DNA of 64,000 nucleotides from an uncultured Planctomycetia bacterium (GTDB lineage Bacteria; Omnitrophota; Gorgyraeia; 2-02-FULL-51-18; JAGOUK01): NCBI GenBank assembly GCA_964430735.1, contig CAYSFB010000002.1, positions 7,390 to 71,389 of the forward strand, read 5' to 3'. Shown piece by piece: positions 59,701 to 64,000 of this stretch (position 1 is its first letter; each line of letters starts with the position of its first letter). The notes under the pieces were generated by a model. It saw only the letters and a program-made list of their open reading frames with translations, ran no database searches and was not told where the DNA came from. The position numbers and the translations under genes were made by a program.

Positions 59701-62396
59701 GGACTCGATACGGCGTGCCCGAACAGGAATTTTTGACGCCGGTACTCCCGGGTCAAGTCCCCGAGCTGATTCCATTTGCTGAGCGCCGCCCTCAAATCAT
59801 CGGCTTTGACCTTGGTCTGATCGACGAAGTAACTGCGCCGGGCATTCGTGGATAAGAGCAGGCTGGACGCATCCGCTCCGGACCCGCCGTTCAGCGCGAC
59901 CAGCGGTCTGTCGTCCGGATTCACCACGCGCTTCATCGCCATCGCATGTCCGACGTACACCGCGTCCAACAACCCCGCGTCGATCGGACGGAGATCCAGC
60001 CCCAGCGCATCCGCCAGCTGCATCCGCTCGATCACCCCGGACTCCCTCCCCAACTCCGCGATCAAGGCGTTCTTCCGCGCTTTTTCCCCGCCGCGGCCCG
60101 CCAGCCGCGCGCCGTCAGAGCGGGTCCGGCGGTAGGCCTCGAGGTCGATCTGATAACCGAGAAGGCGGCCGGACGTGTCGCGAAGGATGTGGCGGACAGA
60201 CTGCGGATTTTGACCGATGAACTTTTCCTGGATCCCCTGAGCCTCAGGCGAAGCGTCGATCGAGATGTGGGGGTACATGGCGCTGCGTCCGATGTTCATG
60301 AACCTGGTGCCAAAGAACCGCAACCGGTCCAGCAGACGCTTCATCAGCGCGGTGCCGAGACCCATGCCGCGGTATTCGGGATAAAGGTAGATGCCGTTGG
60401 CGTACGCCTGCCCCGTTCCAAGCGGCATAAAATAAAAGTAGGAATAGAGCCCGACCGGCCGTCCCCTGTCACTCAGAATCAACGCATCGATGAGCGTGAG
60501 GATGTCGTGGCCGGACCAGCTCTCCAGCGCCATTTCCGGCGTCATGTCTTTTGCGCCGAGACGCGCCAGAGCATCGGTCAAAAGCCGCAGTAGCTGCCCG
60601 CGGTCCCAGATTCCGTCATTCCGGCGGTCGGTTTTTTTCTCGATCGTCTCGCGGTACGAATGAATCGTGAACCGCTCTTCCTCCGCCAGCCGCGCGCCCT
60701 GGCGCAGACGATCGAGGCCCATCAGCAAAGACGGGTCGCTCCAAACGGCCCCGATCAGCGGATCGAGACCCTTCGACAAACGATTGCCGGCCAGCAGCGC
60801 CTTGGAAATATGGTTGTCGGCAACCGCGGCGGCCGACGTGCGGATCGAGAGGCGAAGGGGCGTGAGAAGGATTTTTTCGTAAGCGTCGCGGTCCGTTTCG
60901 GTCCTGATCTGAGGACTCAATACGGCCCAGCCGTAGCCTTCGCGCGTCATGAGCTCCTTGAGATGTTCGGTGTGATAACCGCCGGCGACGAGGATCGCGG
61001 CGTTGTCGCCCGTCTGATCAAGCGCGCGGCGGGCGTTGGCGGCAAAGGCGCGGTCGCGCAGGTTCACGAGGGAGTAAAAAGCTCGGACGGCGGGCCAGGC
61101 GCGGTCGAATGAAGGTTTTTCGGGCAGGCGTAGATCGCGGATGCCGAGAGCGGAGGCCATTTCTTTTAAAAATCCCGTCCACGCTTCGGCCGCGAAGTCC
61201 TTTCGATTGGACCGGAGGAGCGCGAATTCACGCGAGCTCAGTCTGAGGTCGTGCGCCTTTTGAACGAGCTTGAGATAAATCCCCAAGACCGCGATCCGGC
61301 GGGCGTCCGGATCCGGAAGCAGTTCGCGGTAACACTGCGCTTCGAGCACTTCCGCCTCGGTGAGCACAGCATCCCAATCCAAGTCTTTAAAGGAATCCAG
61401 ATATTCGGCATACCGGGACAAATGCGGATACCTTTCCGGATGCGCGGCCAGGCCCAGAAGACGACCGATCAAATTCTGAAGCTCGGCCGGCTGCGAAGTC
61501 CTGCCAATGCGGTCTGCGAGGACTGCCGACTCCTCCGCCGCGTCGCCGGCCCGTAATTGGGACATCAGCATTTCCTGCTCGCGGTGGATGGATCCAAAAT
61601 CGACCCGTTTTTCGGCTGCTTGAAGCTTTTTCAGTTCGCGCAAGGCCGGATAACCGTCCAGCTTAACGCCGGCTTTTTCGGCCAGCTCCTGCAACCGTTT
61701 CAAAGACCCGGGGTCGGATCCGGGCGTCGCGGCCTTTGCCTCGGATTCATAACGCCGCAGCGTTTCGGGATACAGTCGGTCCTTGAAGGCGTCGAGCGCC
61801 GCAAGCGCCTGTCGCAGATCCCTCTCCGCCGCGGGCCTCAGCTCCGCCACGCGGGCATACGCCAACAGCGCGGCGCGATAATGCGGACCGTTTTCGATGC
61901 CGATAAAATCGGCCGGCGTCTGCTCCGTCAGGCTCAAGTGCTCAGGGCCGCTCAGGACGCCCTGCCGCAACAGCTTGTCCGCGCCGATCTTGAGGTCGCG
62001 CGGCGGAACGAGCGGGGCGAGCGCGTCCAAATTGGCGCGCCGGTCTCCGCCTTCCAGCAGCACGGTTCGGATGCCGTAAGCTTGGGTCAATGACCGGATG
62101 GCGGAAGCGATGTTTTTTTGGCCGTCATAATTGGCGTGGGCGTCTTCGATCAGGATGACGAGCCGGCCGTTGGTTCCAGGGCGGGCGTCGCGGAAACGAA
62201 CAGCGGAGACAGGAGCATCTATTTGGGAAGGTGCGAGCAAAAGATCTTGAAGCGATGGCTCGGAGGCGGATTGGGCCGAAGCGGCCGGGGCTGCGGAGAC
62301 CGGACCAACCTGAGCTGCCGCCAGACATACTTCATGCGCTGATAAAAGTATGGCCAAAGTGAGCGCAGTCCATCTGAGCAAAAAACGTCTCGGCAA
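50796..62396 (-). CDS. Giant secreted multi-domain protein (3,866 aa): signal peptide, Tiki/TraB/GumN-like domain, GNAT, NHL beta-propeller, HATPase_c, class-I methyltransferase and several unassigned modules separated by GARLA junctions
   Basis: Single ORF. TTG start at 62394..62396, preceded by the SD GGAGA. Signal peptide MPRRFLLRWTALTLAILLSAHEVCLAAAQV. Ten GARLA junctions are present, nine of them encoded by the identical 14-mer. Domains are listed separately. Confidence 0.85.
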   Translation of the reverse strand: MPRRFLLRWTALTLAILLSAHEVCLAAAQVGPVSAAPAASAQSASEPSLQDLLLAPSQIDAPVSAVRFRDARPGTNGRLVILIEDAHANYDGQKNIASAIRSLTQAYGIRTVLLEGGDRRANLDALAPLVPPRDLKIGADKLLRQGVLSGPEHLSLTEQTPADFIGIENGPHYRAALLAYARVAELRPAAERDLRQALAALDAFKDRLYPETLRRYESEAKAATPGSDPGSLKRLQELAEKAGVKLDGYPALRELKKLQAAEKRVDFGSIHREQEMLMSQLRAGDAAEESAVLADRIGRTSQPAELQNLIGRLLGLAAHPERYPHLSRYAEYLDSFKDLDWDAVLTEAEVLEAQCYRELLPDPDARRIAVLGIYLKLVQKAHDLRLSSREFALLRSNRKDFAAEAWTGFLKEMASALGIRDLRLPEKPSFDRAWPAVRAFYSLVNLRDRAFAANARRALDQTGDNAAILVAGGYHTEHLKELMTREGYGWAVLSPQIRTETDRDAYEKILLTPLRLSIRTSAAAVADNHISKALLAGNRLSKGLDPLIGAVWSDPSLLMGLDRLRQGARLAEEERFTIHSYRETIEKKTDRRNDGIWDRGQLLRLLTDALARLGAKDMTPEMALESWSGHDILTLIDALILSDRGRPVGLYSYFYFMPLGTGQAYANGIYLYPEYRGMGLGTALMKRLLDRLRFFGTRFMNIGRSAMYPHISIDASPEAQGIQEKFIGQNPQSVRHILRDTSGRLLGYQIDLEAYRRTRSDGARLAGRGGEKARKNALIAELGRESGVIERMQLADALGLDLRPIDAGLLDAVYVGHAMAMKRVVNPDDRPLVALNGGSGADASSLLLSTNARRSYFVDQTKVKADDLRAALSKWNQLGDLTREYRRQKFLFGHAVSSPAGLISPAQKFLGELQAIGVRKDSIRIHSDSGAATVTFRWAYPGLREKRYSITLIQANVVESELYPDVLKKALARKIDIYYQRAPWDMASWYPRFLPELAASVREGGFLMTDDTNYDGSVYESRSFQAPLQDLGFASERSFSDELRRYTEAGFKARRNIFQAHHRTDDELHYGFDLALRQRRSAGARLASVGRDDGFKPGDFVKLGPDSPTGLILSRQASAGSPPVYTVRWRRDGRFEQRVRADQNGLVAIPAKEALREWASVSPTALDEQARKPGEAFTETLSRQHRRLRRYLADSRDRHGPPLKRYELFIHFATDGEARFLNRVLKTQNETIDLYTRLFPGETPEFVTALALADWYRSQIARKERGHRSMSRFGFARVLLAKLYKRRHHFVAGSRRPDNMPSDVRRIVHWVFSDGRSILAGPVRKTEFVRFRRMAGLENAHDALSDERIASMQKDAELMLRMYSFDLALKTLAAITERQGTLPPLPVRTPVPPVDPQIVIKNLSVRTLEILGRRLQTADTRQITLSGPQFPYWQAYLKMGVGPEVIAQALDLARRDKAIVSHISIKKKQIHIRMLGPHKKSKSELIKIQKRLEAGVPELEKLPPVLPAAPAIKAKDLALSEAVARLTGQNTAAMPTIEDLSLVLRKKAYRTVEPLGRIDRGRVFLFTVDPATSFMVNVTPQSMSVDAVDPDRPGELRRLNTYQPEGIKAVYNRTLKKLEDSVREARRADGARLADVSNEEVKTTLMGRLKSAFTTAIAFVTRHRDGSRHGVPDFSGQEGDSILNETSVKHPSIRRAFWQGRTYLIEEEPGGEYLIGYKFANGDDPGGKKLISQYQNMLAARRIGIPDAPEPLAEVGKLNDIIGKYPTNLNPEHVLKFRAKKTSRQYLTRRYTDIDPALRGKALDEFSGKAVRDLSLGMLHGRIHTSLTPLTHSEAFGEKWFWNVDPIGEVQNLQESMRYVNLRRSGIDDYEHFDAVNENTNLDFAMGQEMVEWLIAVAYAGFINGLTRAQIENILMNGYGIFYALTGIGTDPEPLRPVLRQFLKKFQTEWQGDRLEVPSATRSDTSLKHLVDLTESLLQALRSSSAYGAVKERWLKAPDGYRSDELISDPAGRLIRKSWRDGTIKVLGSDLRVLREIRAEESPEAVTAGTDGRIWTVSVGGLTAYDAALRKTGGIIGRFHPSIESDPGNRIVLADVASGDVLVYGPDLDLIQRISNPFLGGIQTVPVWALNDEGRLAVRTSNSDSADHSMAIYDIVTGRKLHQMQADLPIDVIAADREGNWITGGGGRIAIYDPELKKTRLLSLMNSVTAINVDPNGLILVGDEHSNRVLVFDPELKLKSEIRSYGYNHRLILYDDAFSYQGEVSGLRNPYRIVESGAYGLFVIEKTKNLALIRRMPAVGARLAQGLNYFVRLRETIAADPERGIAEYAKFVVTQTRSGLSDYLELLRGLDRLAGSDHAVRNSEAIERMRAGLEVKEDVRSEASLKSVSGFLKDFSNTSIYDQPLRQIQLQPELLASDEVQSVLVQISALRRWMWRLSEHLEILLKDTSGSYSGIIDPSIDAGRLLEEAIERERGRHPEHHRPVEIETDFENGLPSMTGDRVRLLNAFRELIRNAVFASIVREGRSYFSYRSRSRILVKAQFMAETQHVRVTIEDNGVGMKPEDIPDIFKFAYSRDRSEQGVYFGGRGIGMPTAVETIAEHRGLLQIDSDPSWGTRLEIDLPVDFAAGARLAGTGGSEGFEQLLRDSEIERERLFRRLGKEAPHAAKVEITPEMVAAVQPVEVARQILPRLITAFRRSHPEADRVSGPAFLIAGFAMPVLAASVWLHPMFAVTALPLVRAIKEVKRRAELKAMLQVLEEMRVELESSEPGDPDAAESIADLAEWAFVLLNSSSAQLRAVAHQSLYAIAQIAGEVKPIFDQRVRELNEWHRLWMPHARSVYFDPSLALDPTLMGGRPGRSESPSVYQLSPAARSGARLAQSGWKRILPDWLKRRATDVAPMRVVPAAPLHDLTEAEADRLAREVLKKIVPDYGDPESQFEPVHVMTFGPGRTVPIVLSREGFRVPGHSHLAPYAHVIRVGPLIFVNLTEGFSGNGRDSLAVRREMDRLIRLLGDVYEKHSGNILLIHPSSFAAMEMKKYPGMSMSMFTAVMIGQLLDDWRQGRLPEGWWLDVGSGEDAVLSRILMRMNRKAVLVEKEERGLEVSRAYLWKESWNAPGRGVNPDYLELPGDVTAEEFDGKLETAMHVIGAPLTGIVADMGPWQIYGPIDRLDQRPDDHPDAAISRIASNHPQVRRVIHGGYTTDPGFVDEWAHRIAMQQNRTRYQHSGFQVDQRDPFAGAEAKNREFLRVLTAERPAESPLEGARLANQGQAGAGIVDVRAELIRAAVSAADPDYDWRSEASARASNLLESVLSDEGRQLLLLNLDRLKLKSARDGSTDAVRLLMTSAMYLLERGGSADPEEMAAVGRLVDRYNSDVQSGRWYESAGPLSLPLLLVLNLSYFVDANDKRLIEGYQRLSRNLVLLPGDAGLEAVATDLLFGAAHLNHKRDFFDIHMYMPSLRRALEAQTNNPALRGRLHQAIGRFLAAVQPAGLLRGRLIWLEDRQYYKDRKDAWKPGYEWFADRADRLIQILTEQEGMLRNAPSNRMPNAWRLGLLFTVEAAALANPHLSASLDRVLMDPDAHPEDFDRLLQELQKHDARFGDRSDKSIKNWIHRFRPSAVKPVQKAILDLRALQESKSGARLAGWPDSFMQFFGLSGWKPVAGALAYASEAEGERALSQLSDLLKGAEAGSERRVLVRLERGVLAIDPARRFEQSEVLAAAAARLAVRGIYLELSQVENFTGRVPAPDAADYSEAVIALNAADLKPGAVGFVSDPNPDVIRAVLAGARLARWEGGAASLAADPICTSVLSTLFGVELPVAILAKVQRVPQEAAEREVLNLHKLRPMRRAWEVFQQILTAIRLAAISA
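52950..53250 (-). other. Domain: class-I SAM methyltransferase motif I region in giant protein 2
   Basis: WWLDVGSGEDAVLSRIL is at 53161..53220 and matches the LDVGSGxG motif I. Confidence 0.45.
54560..55000 (-). other. Domain: histidine-kinase-like ATPase (HATPase_c) in giant protein 2
   Basis: N-box LIRNAVFAS, G1 box IEDNGVGM (about 54716..54740), G2 box GGRGIGM. No obvious His-phosphotransfer H-box was recognised upstream. Confidence 0.65.
55650..56280 (-). other. Domain: NHL/YVTN-type beta-propeller repeats in giant protein 2
   Basis: There are at least five ~40-aa blades (DGRIWTVSVGG, RIVLADVASGDVLVYGPD, RLAVRTSNSDSADHSMAIYD, NWITGGGGRIAIYDP, LILVGDEHSNRVLVFDP). Confidence 0.55.
60130..60640 (-). 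other. Domain: GNAT acetyltransferase module of giant protein 2
   Basis: GIYLYPEYRGMGLGTALMKRLLD (motif A, R/Q-x-x-G-x-G/A) is at 60355..60390. The module is bounded by GARLA junctions at 60685 and 60100. Confidence 0.6.
60940..62200 (-). other. Domain: Tiki/TraB/GumN-like N-terminal domain of giant protein 2 (paralogous to 20070..21250)
   Basis: GTNGRLVILIEDAHANYDGQ is at about 62110..62190, and ILVAGGYHTEHLKELMTREGYGWAV is at about 60960..61040. It aligns residue-for-residue with the corresponding blocks of giant protein 1. Confidence 0.4.
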
Positions 62397-62564
62397 CGGC
62401 TCGGTCTCCAGTGTTAATAAGTACTTATAGGGCTCGAGAGAATATTACCTAGAAGTATAATGACGGAACCCGCCTCATCAACCTCGACGGATTAAGCATA
62501 TTTAAGCAATGGTTATAAGATCAGGACGGATTCGAGCAGAACCGGATCCGGAGGAGGTAATTCG

Positions 62565-63611
62565 CTAGACGGCGGGTTCCTGCTGGGACGCGCAATGGAT
62601 GGTGCCAAAGCCGCGGACCATGACTTTGCAGTTGATCCCGACCACTTCGTGGTTCGGAAACAGCGGCTTGAGGATGGCGAGCGCCTCTTTGTCGCGGCGG
62701 GAGCCGAAGATCGGGACCAGCACATGCTTGTTGGCGATCAGGAAGTTCGCGTAGCTCGCCGGCAGCCGGTTCCCCTGATAAATGACGGGATCGGGCATCG
62801 GGAGTTTGACGAGTTTGAACGGATTGCCCAGGGCATCGGTCATGGATTCCAGACGCTCCCAGTTGTCGTGCAGAATCTTATGGTTGCCGTCGGCCGGATC
62901 GTTTTCGTACACCGCGACGATGGTGTTCTTGCTTACGAAGCGCGCGATGTCGTCGATATGACCGTCCGTATCGTCCCCTTCGACGCCTTCGGCGAGCCAG
63001 AGCACCTTCACGACGCCCAGATGCTCCTTGAGCTTCCGTTCGATCTCGCCCTTATTGAGCTTGGGATTGCGGTTCTTGTTGAGCAGGCATTGCTCGCTCG
63101 TCAATACGACGCCGTTGCCGTTCACTTCGATCGATCCGCCTTCGAGGACGATCTTGGGATCGAAGCGGCGGCCCGGAACGCGCGATTCGATCTGGTCGAA
63201 GATCTGCGTGTCGGTCGCGAGGTCCGCGTACTTATTGCCCCAGGCGTTGAAGATCCACTTGTTCCAGCCGAGTTCTTTTTTACCGCCGGCGCCCTTTTCC
63301 TTGATCACGAAGTTCGGGCCGTAATCGCGGATCCACACGTCCACCGTCGGATGGACGATGAAGCGCACGTTGCCCCACTTGACCGGGTTCTTGGTCAGGA
63401 TGCTGCGAACGCGCTCCTGCTCCGACTCCGAATCGACGAGGAGCTTCACGAGCTCGCCCTGCGAGAGGCATTCGACGACCTTCGCGAACGCGGCCTCGAC
63501 TTCCTGGATGTCTTCGGTCCAGGTGTCCTTGTTGTTGGGCCACGAAAGCCACGTCGCCGCGTGCGGCGCCCATTCGGCCGGCATATAAAAACCCTGGGAT
63601 TGCGGAGTCAT
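62565..63611 (-). CDS. aguA: Agmatine deiminase
   Basis: 348 aa from the ATG at 63611 (MTPQSQGFYMPAEWAPHAATWLSWP..., VWIRDYGP..., GTIHCASQQEP). The 111-aa Arg/Ser/Pro-rich N-terminal extension in the track is rejected. Confidence 0.8.
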   Translation of the reverse strand: MTPQSQGFYMPAEWAPHAATWLSWPNNKDTWTEDIQEVEAAFAKVVECLSQGELVKLLVDSESEQERVRSILTKNPVKWGNVRFIVHPTVDVWIRDYGPNFVIKEKGAGGKKELGWNKWIFNAWGNKYADLATDTQIFDQIESRVPGRRFDPKIVLEGGSIEVNGNGVVLTSEQCLLNKNRNPKLNKGEIERKLKEHLGVVKVLWLAEGVEGDDTDGHIDDIARFVSKNTIVAVYENDPADGNHKILHDNWERLESMTDALGNPFKLVKLPMPDPVIYQGNRLPASYANFLIANKHVLVPIFGSRRDKEALAILKPLFPNHEVVGINCKVMVRGFGTIHCASQQEPAV

Positions 63612-63624
63612 CGGGCGGCCGTCC

Positions 63625-64000
63625 TTATTTGCCGAAGCGGCGCAGAAGCGGTTCGTACGCGTCGATGCGGCGGTCGCGGAAGAAGGGCCATTCGCGGCGC
63701 TGTTTTTCGATGAGGGCGAGGTCGCAGTCGGCGACCAGGATCTCTTCCCGCTCGACCGAGGCTTCGGCGAGCGTGGAGCTGTCCGGCGCCTTGATGAAGG
63801 AGGTTCCCCAGAACTGGAGCTTTTTCTCATGTCCCGTGCGGTTGGCGGCGGCGACAAAGACGGCATTGGCGACGGCATGCGACGACTGGATGGTCTGCCA
63901 CGACTGGCGTTGAAAAATCCGCGCGTCTTTCGGTTCCGACGCATGCCAGCCGATCGCCGTCGGATAAAACAGAATCTCGGCCCCCATCATCGCCGTGATG
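63625..64000 (-). CDS. aguB: N-carbamoylputrescine amidohydrolase (carbon-nitrogen hydrolase family), C-terminal part; the gene continues beyond the window edge
   Basis: A C-terminal CN-hydrolase fragment (GAEILFYPTAIGWHASEPKD...). It pairs with aguA as the agmatine-to-putrescine route. It is truncated by the window end. Confidence 0.55.
   Translation of the reverse strand, partial: ITAMMGAEILFYPTAIGWHASEPKDARIFQRQSWQTIQSSHAVANAVFVAAANRTGHEKKLQFWGTSFIKAPDSSTLAEASVEREEILVADCDLALIEKQRREWPFFRDRRIDAYEPLLRRFGK

Overview
This is a high-GC (~60-65%) bacterial window. Almost every gene is on the minus strand; only tpsB is on the plus strand. Conserved housekeeping operons (nusB-ribH-ribBA-truA-asd-leuB-thiG, an Opp/Dpp-type ABC transporter, secG-tpiA-pgk-gap, fmt-def-rsuA-nudix, and aguA/aguB at the right edge) are interrupted by three very large genes. 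(1) A 4,896-aa secreted protein (6794..21484) strings together an alpha/beta-hydrolase, a GH77 4-alpha-glucanotransferase, a methyltransferase-like module and a glycerophosphodiester-phosphodiesterase domain. (2) A 3,866-aa secreted protein (50796..62396) contains a GNAT acetyltransferase, an NHL-type beta-propeller, an HATPase_c domain and a class-I methyltransferase. (3) A 3,179-aa filamentous-haemagglutinin-like TpsA beta-helix protein (30377..39916) sits beside a divergent TpsB transporter (41466..43235), which makes a two-partner secretion locus. The two giant proteins are paralogous at the N-terminus: each has a signal peptide followed by a Tiki/TraB/GumN-like domain. Both are also punctuated about every 150-700 aa by the pentapeptide G-A-R-L-A. 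In gene 2 this pentapeptide is encoded nine times by the identical 14-mer GGCGCGCGGCTGGC (coding strand). The GARLA sites fall at the boundaries of the recognisable enzyme modules. I interpret this as a previously undescribed secreted multi-enzyme polyprotein family with conserved linker/processing or recombination junctions, which is reminiscent of MARTX effector arrays but is inference only. I also noted a small family of palindromic elements sharing a GGGACAC core, one of which encloses the oppB start codon in its loop; an intrinsic terminator/attenuator hairpin between gap and pgk; a VapBC toxin-antitoxin pair; and TTG start codons with good Shine-Dalgarno sequences on both giant genes. 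I saw no rRNA, tRNA or CRISPR array. The many long plus-strand ORFs in the track are antisense artefacts of high GC.
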